Below, piece after piece: positions 47,617-57,513 of a stretch of DNA of 64,000 nucleotides; position 1 is the first letter of the stretch, and every line of letters starts with the position of its first letter. The stretch comes from an uncultured Pelagibacteraceae bacterium (lineage in GTDB: Bacteria; Pseudomonadota; Alphaproteobacteria; Pelagibacterales; Pelagibacteraceae), in the NCBI GenBank assembly GCA_902518395.1, contig CABYFX010000001.1:4709-68708 (forward strand), in the 5' to 3' direction. The notes below the pieces were generated by a model. That model made no database searches, had not been told where the DNA came from, and saw nothing but the letters and a program-made list of their open reading frames with translations. Made by a program: the position numbers and the translations under genes.

Positions 47617-49047
47617 ATGATTGAAAAGAAAAATTTTTATATAAACGGAAAGTGGGTTTCACCTGCTCAACCAAATGACTTTGAAGTAATAAATCCCTCA
47701 ACTGAGGAAGCTTTCGCAATAATATCTTTAGGCTCTGCTGAAGATGCAGATAAAGCAATAAAAGCAGCGAATATTGCATTTGAGACCTGGAAAGAAACAA
47801 CAAAAGAGGAAAGATTAGCTTTACTTGAAAAGTTTAATGAAATTTATAAAAGAAGATGGGACGAAATGGTTGAGGCTCAGTCTAAAGAAATGGGAGCACC
47901 ACTAGACTTTGCATCAGAAACTCATACTAAAATGGGTGCTGATATTTGTAGAAATAACATTGAGATTTTAAAAGATTTTAATTTTGAACATCAATTTGAT
48001 CCTAAATCTAATAACCACATTAGATATGAACCAATTGGAGTTTGTGGATTAATTACACCTTGGAATTATCCAATGAACCAAATTATTTTAAAAGTTATTC
48101 CAGCTTTAGCTGCTGGATGTACAATGATTTTAAAACCGTCTGAGATTGCTCCGGTATCAGCAGTATTGTTTGCTGAAATGATTGATGAAGCTGGCTTTCC
48201 TGCTGGAGTTTTTAATTTAGTGAATGGAAATGGAGAAGTTGTTGGAAATCATATGTCTGGTCATCCTGACATTGATATGATCTCATTCACAGGATCAACA
48301 AGAGCTGGAAAACTAATTCAGAAAAATGCAGCTGACACTATAAAAAAAGTTACTCTTGAATTGGGTGGTAAAGGTGGAAATATAGTTTTTGCAGATTCAT
48401 ACCCTAATGCTGTTAGAGATGGTGTAAGAAATATAATGAGTAACTCTGGACAGTCATGTGATGCTCCAACAAGAATGTTAGTAGAAAAACCAATTTATGA
48501 AAGAGCTGTTAAAGAAGCTATTGATGAGGCAAACAAAATTAAAGTTGATCTCGCATCTAAAAAAGGTGATCACATTGGACCTGTAGTTTCAAAAGTACAA
48601 TACGACAAAGTTGTTAATCTTATTAATGAAGGAATTAAGGAAGGTGCAACGTTAGCTGCGGGTGGACCAGATTTGCCAAATGGACTTAACAAAGGTTATT
48701 TTGTTAAACCAACAATTTTTTCAGATGTAAATAATGATATGAAAATTGCAAGAACTGAAATTTTTGGACCTGTACTTTCAATTATACCATTTGAAACTGA
48801 GGAAGAGGCTATAGCAATTACAAATGATACATCTTATGGACTTGGTAATTATCTACAAACTGAAGATAAAGAAAAAGCAAAAAGGGTTGCTAGAAAAGTA
48901 AAAGCTGGAACAGTTTATATCAATGGTCAAGCAACAGATACTGGTATGCCGTTTGGTGGTTATAAACAATCCGGCAATGGTCGTGAAGGTGGTGTCTGGG
49001 GTTTTACTGAATTTTTAGAAGTTAAAGCAATTACCGGTTGGAATTAA
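47617..49047 (+). CDS. Aldehyde dehydrogenase, paralog of 20697..22130
   Basis: ITPWNYP, FTGST, LELGGKG, SGQSCDAP and EIFGPV motifs. Confidence 0.95.
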   Translation: MIEKKNFYINGKWVSPAQPNDFEVINPSTEEAFAIISLGSAEDADKAIKAANIAFETWKETTKEERLALLEKFNEIYKRRWDEMVEAQSKEMGAPLDFASETHTKMGADICRNNIEILKDFNFEHQFDPKSNNHIRYEPIGVCGLITPWNYPMNQIILKVIPALAAGCTMILKPSEIAPVSAVLFAEMIDEAGFPAGVFNLVNGNGEVVGNHMSGHPDIDMISFTGSTRAGKLIQKNAADTIKKVTLELGGKGGNIVFADSYPNAVRDGVRNIMSNSGQSCDAPTRMLVEKPIYERAVKEAIDEANKIKVDLASKKGDHIGPVVSKVQYDKVVNLINEGIKEGATLAAGGPDLPNGLNKGYFVKPTIFSDVNNDMKIARTEIFGPVLSIIPFETEEEAIAITNDTSYGLGNYLQTEDKEKAKRVARKVKAGTVYINGQATDTGMPFGGYKQSGNGREGGVWGFTEFLEVKAITGWN

Positions 49048-49089
49048 TAGTTTAAATAACTTATAATCAGAATTAGTTAAGAGGTTTAT

Positions 49090-49476
49090 ATGATTGGTTA
49101 TGTGATGGTAGGTACTAATAATTTAAATGCTGCTATTAATTTTTACGATAAGGTTTTAGAAGTAATTGGTTTAGATAGAAACGAGACAATAGAAGATGAT
49201 TATGCTGCATATGGAGCAAAAGGAACCAAAGATATTGAGTTTTACATCACCAAACCTTTCAATAAAAAAGATGCTACCTTTGGAAATGGAACGCAGATCA
49301 CATTTTTAACTTCATCAAGATCTAACGTAGATAAATTTCATGAGATGGGTTTAAAAGTAGGTGGAACTAGCGAGGGATCTGGTGGTGAAAGACCAGAGGG
49401 CTCAGGGGTTTATTATTCTTATCTTCGTGATTTAGATGGAAATAAAATTTGCGCCTTTACAAATAGTAAAGAATAA
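49090..49476 (+). CDS. VOC/glyoxalase family protein
   Basis: YVMVGTN....A..FYD, GNGT, and Y.RDLDGNKI motifs. Confidence 0.88.
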   Translation: MIGYVMVGTNNLNAAINFYDKVLEVIGLDRNETIEDDYAAYGAKGTKDIEFYITKPFNKKDATFGNGTQITFLTSSRSNVDKFHEMGLKVGGTSEGSGGERPEGSGVYYSYLRDLDGNKICAFTNSKE

Positions 49477-49481
49477 AGTTT

Positions 49482-50396
49482 ATGTCATACGATGCAATCA
49501 AGACAAAATTAGAAAATAATAAAATCATTATTTTAGATGGAGGTATGGGAGCAGAACTAGAAAAAAATGGCGCTCACATGGACAAGCATATGTGGTGCGG
49601 GAAGTGTTCTGTTGATCATCCTGAGTTGGTTAGAAAAGTGCATGAGGATTATATAAATGCTGGAGCCGATGTAATTACAACTAACACTTATAGTACTACC
49701 CCAATATCAATGAGACAGTACGGTTATGAAGACTCTATCGAAAAATTTAATCAAAAAAGTGTTAAGGTTGCAAGAGAAGCAATAGAAAGTACAAATAAAG
49801 AAACTACATTAGCTGGAAGTGTATCAACTTTTGGAAACTTTTATAAACTTGGTATCAAAGCAATGATACCTGGTTTTCATGAACAACTAAGAATTTTATC
49901 TGACGCTGGAGTAGACTTAATTATTTTAGAAGCTATGTCTTCACAAGCTGACATAGTTGAAGCAATGTTAAATTGTTCAACAAAAGTAAATATACCTGTT
50001 TGGTTATCAGTATCTTGCGTAATGGATGATCAAAAAAATATAATGCTTGGATATAATGATACAATTGACTCTGATACACATGTCTATGAAAACTTTGAGA
50101 CATCCATAAAAAATTTTAAAAAATTACATAATGGTCCAATTTTAGTTGCTCATTCAGATATAAATATTACAGGTCAAGCAATTCAAACTGCAAAGAAAAA
50201 TTATGATGGGGTAGTAGGAGCATATCCGAATAAAGGTTATTACGAAAAACCACATTGGCGATTTGTAGATGATATGACACCGACTGGGTACTTAAATGAA
50301 GTTAGGTCATGGATTAAAAATGGAGCTCAGATCATAGGTGGATGCTGTGGGATCGGTGTAGATGAAATAAAAGCAATTTCAATTTTAAAAAACTAA
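49482..50396 (+). CDS. Homocysteine S-methyltransferase family protein
   Basis: LDGGMG.EL, H.DY..AGADVITTNTY, YPN and IIGGCCG motifs. Confidence 0.88.
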   Translation: MSYDAIKTKLENNKIIILDGGMGAELEKNGAHMDKHMWCGKCSVDHPELVRKVHEDYINAGADVITTNTYSTTPISMRQYGYEDSIEKFNQKSVKVAREAIESTNKETTLAGSVSTFGNFYKLGIKAMIPGFHEQLRILSDAGVDLIILEAMSSQADIVEAMLNCSTKVNIPVWLSVSCVMDDQKNIMLGYNDTIDSDTHVYENFETSIKNFKKLHNGPILVAHSDINITGQAIQTAKKNYDGVVGAYPNKGYYEKPHWRFVDDMTPTGYLNEVRSWIKNGAQIIGGCCGIGVDEIKAISILKN

Positions 50397-50413
50397 AGTA
50401 TATTTTAGGTATT

Positions 50414-50866
50414 ATGAAAACATTTATCGGCGGTATTGGCTGCTTTTGGGATGAAAAGAAGTATGAAGGTATAAAAGGTATAGTCTCAACAGAATGTGGC
50501 TACTGTGGTGGAGATGAGCCAAATGTTACATACAAAGCAGTTTGCGGTGGAGATACAGGGCATATAGAGGTGGTCAAAGTTGAATATGATGAAAAAGAAA
50601 AGTCATATGAAGATATGGTCAATTTATTTTTTGAATTGCACGACTCAACTCAGGTAAATCGACAAGGCACATATGTTGGAATTCAGTATCGTTCTGAAAT
50701 ATTTTATAGCACAGAAGAGGAAAAGCTAATTGCAGAAAAAGTTTTAAACGAAGTCAACAGTAAATTAGATGGAAAAGTTTCGACTAAAGTATCAAAAGAA
50801 AAAAATTATTGTAAAGCCGAAGGTTATCACCAAAAGTACGAACAAAAAAAATTATTAAAATATTGA
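50414..50866 (+). CDS. msrA: Peptide methionine sulfoxide reductase A (short, atypical)
   Basis: GCFW, GY.GG..P.Y..VC...TGH.E, NRQG..VG.QYRS and AE.YHQ.Y motifs. Confidence 0.88.
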   Translation: MKTFIGGIGCFWDEKKYEGIKGIVSTECGYCGGDEPNVTYKAVCGGDTGHIEVVKVEYDEKEKSYEDMVNLFFELHDSTQVNRQGTYVGIQYRSEIFYSTEEEKLIAEKVLNEVNSKLDGKVSTKVSKEKNYCKAEGYHQKYEQKKLLKY

Positions 50867-52026
50867 AGAAAAAAAAATTAGTCTCTGTTAGAAACCCAGA
50901 ATTAACAACAGTCAAAGATAACAAGGCCTTGTGGAACATTCCTAAAACAAGAAGGTTTGGTTATAGAAATTTACATAAAATTAATAGATACAGTATTTTT
51001 TTAAGATCTGACTTAGTTTTAAAATTAAACTCTAAACCAAATAAAACTATCGGTAAGCTTCCTCTAGTTAAGAAGATGACTAAAAATAAATCTTTTTGTT
51101 CTTTAATTGTAGGTAACCATCAAAATATATTATTTGAAAAATACGCTAAAGATTTTAAAAAAAGTCAACCTCAAACAATTATGTCTATTACGAAAATGTT
51201 TGTTAATTTATTTACTGGAGAATTGGTTGCTAAAAGATTAATAGATCTTAATAAAAAAGTTTCTTACTATTTACCAAAAATTGGAAGCGGATATGCAAAT
51301 GCAAAAATCCACGATGTCTTAAACATGAATGTTATAAACTCTTATACTGAAGATTATACTAAGGCATACTCATCTTCGTTTTTACACGAAACTGTTGGAG
51401 GATGGAGACTACCTAAAAATCTTAAAAATCGTCTAAGCCAAGAAGATTATTTAAATACAATTAAAAAGTCAAAAAATAAAAGTTTGATTAACAATTCTGA
51501 ATATGCTTTTTATAAATCCGCAAATACAGATGTAGTAGGATTAATAATAGAAAAAGTAAGCGGTAGAACTTTAAGAGATTGGATTTTATCTGCAGTTGAG
51601 GCTGCAGGATTTGAAGATGGATTATACATTGCATCAGATAGATATGGTATGCCATGGATGTCTGGGGGTGGTTGCTTAATTACAAGAGACTTTTTACGAA
51701 TGGGTTTACTTTTTGCAAGAAAAGGTATGGGTGTTGGAAATAGAAAAGTTGGATCTTCATCATTTTTTAATAAAACAATTGATAATGTAGGGCCAAAATA
51801 TATGGATTTATCTAAGGACAAATATTTATATTATTCAAATTCTACAATGGTTTCAGGCAACATGATTGGGCATTCAGGATATGGTGGTCAGTTTCTTGCA
51901 ACAAACTTTAAAACTGGAAATGTAGCTGCCTTTTTTTCTGTTCTAGAGACAAAATCAGCAACGAAAGAAAGTTATAAAACTGATATGATTAATATGCTGA
52001 TAGATTTAGTTAATAAAAAATATTGA
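50863..52026 (+). CDS. Beta-lactamase-fold serine hydrolase (NylB/AmpC-like amide hydrolase)
   Basis: SITK (SxxK), YKSANTD and HSGYGGQ motifs. Confidence 0.8.
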   Translation: MKKKKLVSVRNPELTTVKDNKALWNIPKTRRFGYRNLHKINRYSIFLRSDLVLKLNSKPNKTIGKLPLVKKMTKNKSFCSLIVGNHQNILFEKYAKDFKKSQPQTIMSITKMFVNLFTGELVAKRLIDLNKKVSYYLPKIGSGYANAKIHDVLNMNVINSYTEDYTKAYSSSFLHETVGGWRLPKNLKNRLSQEDYLNTIKKSKNKSLINNSEYAFYKSANTDVVGLIIEKVSGRTLRDWILSAVEAAGFEDGLYIASDRYGMPWMSGGGCLITRDFLRMGLLFARKGMGVGNRKVGSSSFFNKTIDNVGPKYMDLSKDKYLYYSNSTMVSGNMIGHSGYGGQFLATNFKTGNVAAFFSVLETKSATKESYKTDMINMLIDLVNKKY

Positions 52027-52027
52027 A

Positions 52028-53017
52028 TTAAGAATATCTTTCAATTAATTTTTTTAGATGTTTATCTGTAACACCGCAGCATCCCCCAATGATTTGAATT
52101 TGGTTATCAATTAACTTTTCACATTCATTAGCAAATTCTTCTTCAGAAGAAGTCACAATTGCTTTATGAGATTTTGTATCAAACTTATGTATCTCAGGAT
52201 ATAACATCATCGGACCATTCCAATTATTTTTAATTACTTGCAATCCTTCAAAAGAGTCGACCAACCAGGTATGCATGATGCCATAAACATCTCCACCTAT
52301 GTAAGTAAGTGACTTTACAATATCTTCTAAAAGTACAATTTTATCATCAGGTATAAATTTTGGTTGCTCTTTATATTTGGTTTCATCATAAATTAACGAC
52401 TTTTCTTTTTCCGCGCTAAAATTTCTACCAATAACACTGTTATCAAATTTACTTATACAACAACTTAGTCCAACCCAAACTGGTAAATCAGTTTCTAAAG
52501 CAGCATTCAATAAAATTTTTGAATGGTCAATATCAAGTAACATTTCTAAAATTAAAATATCTGCTCCCTCCTCTTTTAAAATTTTAGCAGCTTCTTTATA
52601 ATTTTGTTCCTCCTGATTAAAAGAAGGTATGTACCTAGGATTTGGCACAAATTCATTTTCTTTTAATGAAAAAAAATTTGATAAACTTCCAGCAACCCCA
52701 ATTTTATTTTCTTTACCTTTGTTTTTTATTGCCTGTCTAGCTAATTTGACTGATTGTATAATAAATTCTCTAGTTTCTGCTCCACGATTAATGCTTTCAA
52801 GATTATGTTTGGTTGAACTAAAAGTGTTTGCTGTAATCAAATCGGAACCTGCATCAATAAACTTTTCATGAACTTTAATTACTATTTCTGGAGATATTAT
52901 TGAGGCTAAGGCAGAAAAAGCAGGAGACATTTCACCCCCAAGAGAGGCTATTTCTGATCCATTTCCTCCATCTAAAAATATTTTTGATTTTGATTTTAAC
53001 TTTTCCTTAAAAAGCAT
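52028..53017 (-). CDS. Homocysteine S-methyltransferase family protein (second copy)
   Basis: LDGGNGSEI, H..FIDAGSDLITANTF, YPE and IIGGCCG motifs. Confidence 0.85.
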   Translation of the reverse strand: MLFKEKLKSKSKIFLDGGNGSEIASLGGEMSPAFSALASIISPEIVIKVHEKFIDAGSDLITANTFSSTKHNLESINRGAETREFIIQSVKLARQAIKNKGKENKIGVAGSLSNFFSLKENEFVPNPRYIPSFNQEEQNYKEAAKILKEEGADILILEMLLDIDHSKILLNAALETDLPVWVGLSCCISKFDNSVIGRNFSAEKEKSLIYDETKYKEQPKFIPDDKIVLLEDIVKSLTYIGGDVYGIMHTWLVDSFEGLQVIKNNWNGPMMLYPEIHKFDTKSHKAIVTSSEEEFANECEKLIDNQIQIIGGCCGVTDKHLKKLIERYS

Positions 53018-53911
53018 TTATTTTTCATCTTTTGGGGCGAGCACTACTGCTAAAATTCCTCCTAAAACAATCATTGCACTGCCTACAACTTCTCGCCAAC
53101 CAAATGTTTCATCTGTTAAAATTCCTGCTGATATAACTCCAACAACTACTTCGCTTAAGTATAATATTGCGCAAAGACCTGCTCCTAAAACTGAGGGTGA
53201 CCACATGATAACTACCCCTGTTGGAATAAAATAAAATACTGAAATAAGAACTAAAAAAGTAAACATTGATGAAAAAGCTTCAATGGGTGGCATTGGTCCT
53301 AGATAATCTTTTAAAACAAAGCCGGCAAAAATATTAAATATTGTTCCATAAACAAAAAATGAAAATATTACTGGAAAAACACCATCTGTTTTTGTAATTT
53401 CTAAACGTACTAAGCCGGCTCCAAAAAGCACACCTCCTACCAGCGCCAACCAATCACCTGCATTTTGTGGTAATGGTATGATATTAGATTGGCTAAAAAC
53501 AACCCACAAACCTCCAAGCGCTAAACTTAAAGTTAAAACTCTTTCTAAACCGGGTCTTTTCTTTAAAAAATATATCTCAAATATGGTGGTCCAGATAGGT
53601 ATCATGTAAAACATAATCAATGCACGGACAACATCTGTTAATAAAAAACTTAAAGCGTAACAAATAAAACCACTACCAGTTAAGAAACCAATAAATGGAA
53701 TCTCTAATCCTGATGTTCGACCTTTATATTTTCTCCATAAAGATAAAGGTGTAAGCAATATAATTCCTATCATCATTTGAGAAATAGTTCCCCAACCTCC
53801 AGTTAAGCCGCCATCTTCTAAAATTCTTTGAGGAAGCCAATAAACTCCCCATGACCCAGCAGCTATAGCTAATGCAAAAGCTATTTTAAAATGATGTTTG
53901 TGTCTGACCAT
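53018..53911 (-). CDS. DMT/EamA family transporter
   Basis: About 10 TM segments; SWG.YW and E.V.G..SA..L..E motifs. Confidence 0.85.
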   Translation of the reverse strand: MVRHKHHFKIAFALAIAAGSWGVYWLPQRILEDGGLTGGWGTISQMMIGIILLTPLSLWRKYKGRTSGLEIPFIGFLTGSGFICYALSFLLTDVVRALIMFYMIPIWTTIFEIYFLKKRPGLERVLTLSLALGGLWVVFSQSNIIPLPQNAGDWLALVGGVLFGAGLVRLEITKTDGVFPVIFSFFVYGTIFNIFAGFVLKDYLGPMPPIEAFSSMFTFLVLISVFYFIPTGVVIMWSPSVLGAGLCAILYLSEVVVGVISAGILTDETFGWREVVGSAMIVLGGILAVVLAPKDEK

Positions 53912-55341
53912 TAATTTAGTTTTGGTTTATGATTAGAAAAATTAAAGATTTCCTCATATCTTTTTGCAAAAGATATCACTTTTAAATCTTCTTTTTGTTT
54001 AGCTATAATTTGAATACCAATTGGAAATCCATCTTGATTAAAACCAATTGGTAATGAAATCGATGGTAAGTAAAAAAGACTAGCAAATATATGTATTTCA
54101 ATCCATCTATGGTAAGTATCCATAACTTGGTCATTAATTTTTTCAGGGTGTCTTAAATTTTTATCAAAAGGGAATGATTGTTGAGATGGTAGAGCTAAAA
54201 AATCAAAACTACCGAATAAACTATTTACATCATTTGATAATTCAATTCTTGAATTAAGAGCAAATTTTACATCTTCATCTGTGAGTTTAATGCCTTTTTT
54301 GTATTCCCATATCGCCTGTGGTGTCATTTCATTAACATCTTTAATATTCATTGCAATAATTTCCTCATTAATATCTTCATAAATACTTTTTGCTCGCAAT
54401 GTACCCCAGCAATTCCATAATTTATTGGCGTCTATTTTTGGTTTTAAATATTCAATTGAAACTTTATGTTTTTCAAGATTATTTAATTGTTTGCTACATA
54501 TTTCAACTAACTCAGAATCATATTGATATTTACCATTCATATCAGATAACCATCCAATTTTTATCTTTGAAAATTCTTGATCATTTAAATTAGCATTTCT
54601 AAATGAAGTATTTAAACTAAAAGAAATTGGATCTTCTTTATGTTCTCCAACTATAACATCTAAAAGAATAGACATATCTTCGGGTGTTCTTGCAAGACAT
54701 CCTGGCGTTGAGATAATTGGTAGACTCTTTTTTTTTTCATTTGTTCGTAGGTCAGGCAGAAGTCCTGGAGTAGGTCTGAAACCATAAACATTTGCATAGG
54801 CTGCAGGAGTTCTGCAAGAGCCCATCATATCTGTTCCATCTGCAAACGGTAGTAGCTCTGCTGCAACAGCTACACCAGCTCCACCACTTGATCCGCCTGA
54901 TGATTGAGTATTTCCATATATGTTGGGCGTTATTCCAAATAGTCTGTTTGCTGTATGTGCGCCAACTCCTAATTCAGCTGTATTTGTTTTTCCAATCATG
55001 ATTCCACCAGCATCTATTTGACGATCAACGATTATAGAATTTTTTTTTGGCAAGTTATCTTTATATCCAGGAAAACCACAAGTAGTTGGAAAACCAACTA
55101 CATCCAATAAATCTTTTGATGCTAAGGGAAGACCAAACAATGGTTTACTTGCATCAAAGTTTTTATCTTTATTATTAGCCTCATTTATTATCTCTTCTTC
55201 ATCTTTTATTGAGACAATAGCATTTAGAGAAGGGTTGTATTTTTTAATTCTTTCTAAGTAAAAGCTAACAACTTCTCTTACTGAAATCTCTTTTTTATGA
55301 ATTAAAGAAATAATTTCTTTTACTGATCTATTTTCAAGCAT
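53911..55341 (-). CDS. Amidase signature family enzyme
   Basis: Catalytic Lys in ASKD, GKTNTAE, GGSSGG and GTDMMGSCRTPA. Confidence 0.93.
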   Translation of the reverse strand: MLENRSVKEIISLIHKKEISVREVVSFYLERIKKYNPSLNAIVSIKDEEEIINEANNKDKNFDASKPLFGLPLASKDLLDVVGFPTTCGFPGYKDNLPKKNSIIVDRQIDAGGIMIGKTNTAELGVGAHTANRLFGITPNIYGNTQSSGGSSGGAGVAVAAELLPFADGTDMMGSCRTPAAYANVYGFRPTPGLLPDLRTNEKKKSLPIISTPGCLARTPEDMSILLDVIVGEHKEDPISFSLNTSFRNANLNDQEFSKIKIGWLSDMNGKYQYDSELVEICSKQLNNLEKHKVSIEYLKPKIDANKLWNCWGTLRAKSIYEDINEEIIAMNIKDVNEMTPQAIWEYKKGIKLTDEDVKFALNSRIELSNDVNSLFGSFDFLALPSQQSFPFDKNLRHPEKINDQVMDTYHRWIEIHIFASLFYLPSISLPIGFNQDGFPIGIQIIAKQKEDLKVISFAKRYEEIFNFSNHKPKLN

Positions 55342-55353
55342 TAGAATTTATTA

Positions 55354-56544
55354 TTACCTAGCTTTTTTTATAGATGCTAGAGTAATTTCCTTTGTTTCTT
55401 CTAAAGTTGCTATTCTTGGATTTGTTGCAAAGGCCTGATCTTTCATTGATTTTTCTGCGATTCTATCAACACAATCTTCGGGCACACCAATTTCACTTAG
55501 ACTTTTTGGAATTTTAATTCTATCAAGAAGGTTTTCAATGTTTGATATAAATGCTTCTACAGAATGATCTTCAAATTGCATAGCCTCTGACATTCTTTTA
55601 ACTTTTTCTTCCATGCCTGGAAGATTATATTTTAGAACTACAGGCAATATTATTGCATTGGTTAGCCCGTGATGAGTATTGTATTCAGCTCCAACCATAT
55701 GAGCAATAGCATGTACTAATCCTAAACCTTTTAAAAAAGAAATTCCTGCTAAACATGATCCAACATGCATTCCACCTCTGGCAACTATGTTGCTAGGATC
55801 TTCTACAGCTGTGACTAAAGATTTTGATATCAAAGATAAACCTTCTAAAGCAGCACCATCACACATTGGATTAAAACCAGGAACACAATAACCTTCTATG
55901 CCATGGATTAAAGCATCTGCACCTGTCCACGCAGTTAGGTTTGCTGGCAATCCAATTGTAAGTTCTGGATCTAACAATGCTAAGGACGGTCTAACATCTG
56001 GATGCCACATACAAAATTTCATACCTTCTTTTAAATAAGTAACCATAGCTGTGATTTCTGTTTCAGCGCCAGTGCCTGCAGTAGTCGGAATAGTTATGAT
56101 TTTTGGAAAAGGATTATCTTTACTAATTTTAGGAGGAGTTAATTCAAATTCAAAATCTCTAAGTGGTACATCATTATTAGCTGTAAGGCATATCAATTTA
56201 CCGCCGTCCATTGCACTACCTCCACCGATTGCAATTATAGAGTCGTGATTACCATCTTTGAATTTTTTTACCCCATTTGAAATTTCGTCTTCTCGAGGAT
56301 TTGGAGATATATCAAAAAATAAATCTGATTTAATATTTGAGCTATTTAAATAACTTTGTAAATTTAAAATAAATGGTAATTTTGGACTTCCTTTATCTGT
56401 AACTATCAACGGATTTTTAATATCTAAATTACTACAGATACTTCCTATTTCTTTTAATCTACCAGGGCCATAAGCTATATTAGTAGGAAATGTCCAATCT
56501 TGGTTGGAAAGTATATCGGCTTCGTTAAGTTTAAAACTTTGCAT
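55354..56544 (-). CDS. Iron-containing alcohol dehydrogenase
   Basis: GGGSAMD, PTTAGTGAE, DALIH, HAIAH and HG motifs. Confidence 0.93.
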   Translation of the reverse strand: MQSFKLNEADILSNQDWTFPTNIAYGPGRLKEIGSICSNLDIKNPLIVTDKGSPKLPFILNLQSYLNSSNIKSDLFFDISPNPREDEISNGVKKFKDGNHDSIIAIGGGSAMDGGKLICLTANNDVPLRDFEFELTPPKISKDNPFPKIITIPTTAGTGAETEITAMVTYLKEGMKFCMWHPDVRPSLALLDPELTIGLPANLTAWTGADALIHGIEGYCVPGFNPMCDGAALEGLSLISKSLVTAVEDPSNIVARGGMHVGSCLAGISFLKGLGLVHAIAHMVGAEYNTHHGLTNAIILPVVLKYNLPGMEEKVKRMSEAMQFEDHSVEAFISNIENLLDRIKIPKSLSEIGVPEDCVDRIAEKSMKDQAFATNPRIATLEETKEITLASIKKAR

Positions 56545-56580
56545 TTGGTTTATAAAGTATACAATTTTAAAAAATTATAA

Positions 56581-57513
56581 ATGAATATTTCTCCTGAAAA
56601 TACAGATTTAAAAAAAACTTATTTGGCAATAATTACTATGCTCTTGGCAATTCTATGTGTGGATATGTATATGGTTGTAATAAAGTTCTTAGGTGATGAA
56701 TACACCGTAATTCAGCTTGCTGTTTTTAGAAATATTGCAGGTGTAATTCCTCTATTTATCCTTATTTTATTTACTAAAGAGTACCTATCAGTTTTTAAAA
56801 ATTTAAATAATAAATTTTTAATTTTAAGTTTTTTTAGAGGTATAGGTTTTTTATCAATGAATATTTTTATATTTATTTCAGTGATCAATCTCGAATTTGC
56901 CACTGCTATGGTGCTTACTTTTTCATCTCCTTTTTTTATCGTAATTTTATCAATTATCTTTTTAAAAGATAAAGTTGGTATCTATAGATGGTCTGCAATT
57001 TTTATTGGATTTTTTGGTGTGGTTCTAATAATGCAACCAACAAGTGATATATTTAATTTTTTTTCAATTTTTCCAATTTTGACTGCTATTGCGTGGGCTT
57101 TCACAGTTATAATATTAAAGTTTATACCAGAAGGTCACTCAACAGCTAAAATTCAGCTTTATACTTTAATATTTAATGTAATTGGTGGGGTAATATTATT
57201 TTTAATAACTACCGGACATACAGATATAAAAAGTACTCAAGACTTTCTGTTAATGACATTAACTGGAATTCTAGGTGGGACTGCAGCAATACTTTTTATT
57301 TATGCTTATAGACTAATTTCTGCGAGTAAGATGGCATCTTTTGAATATTTTGGTATCCCATCATCTTTTGTTTTAGGTTGGTTATTTTTTAATGAAGCAC
57401 CTTGGGAACAATTATTTCCTGGAGTTTTTGTAATCGTGTTTGCAGGAATGATTATTATTTGGAGAGATAAAGTTAAACAAAAAAGTACTAATGTAAGTAG
57501 AGAGATTAATTAG
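56581..57513 (+). CDS. DMT/EamA family transporter
   Basis: About 10 TM segments; FR, F.SP.F, G..RW and F.E.P motifs. Confidence 0.87.
   Translation: MNISPENTDLKKTYLAIITMLLAILCVDMYMVVIKFLGDEYTVIQLAVFRNIAGVIPLFILILFTKEYLSVFKNLNNKFLILSFFRGIGFLSMNIFIFISVINLEFATAMVLTFSSPFFIVILSIIFLKDKVGIYRWSAIFIGFFGVVLIMQPTSDIFNFFSIFPILTAIAWAFTVIILKFIPEGHSTAKIQLYTLIFNVIGGVILFLITTGHTDIKSTQDFLLMTLTGILGGTAAILFIYAYRLISASKMASFEYFGIPSSFVLGWLFFNEAPWEQLFPGVFVIVFAGMIIIWRDKVKQKSTNVSREIN

Noticed and set aside
49477-49481. Possible SAM-V/SAM-II riboswitch before the methyltransferases
   Set aside because: The upstream gaps are 5 nt and 0 nt, leaving no room; no motif seen.
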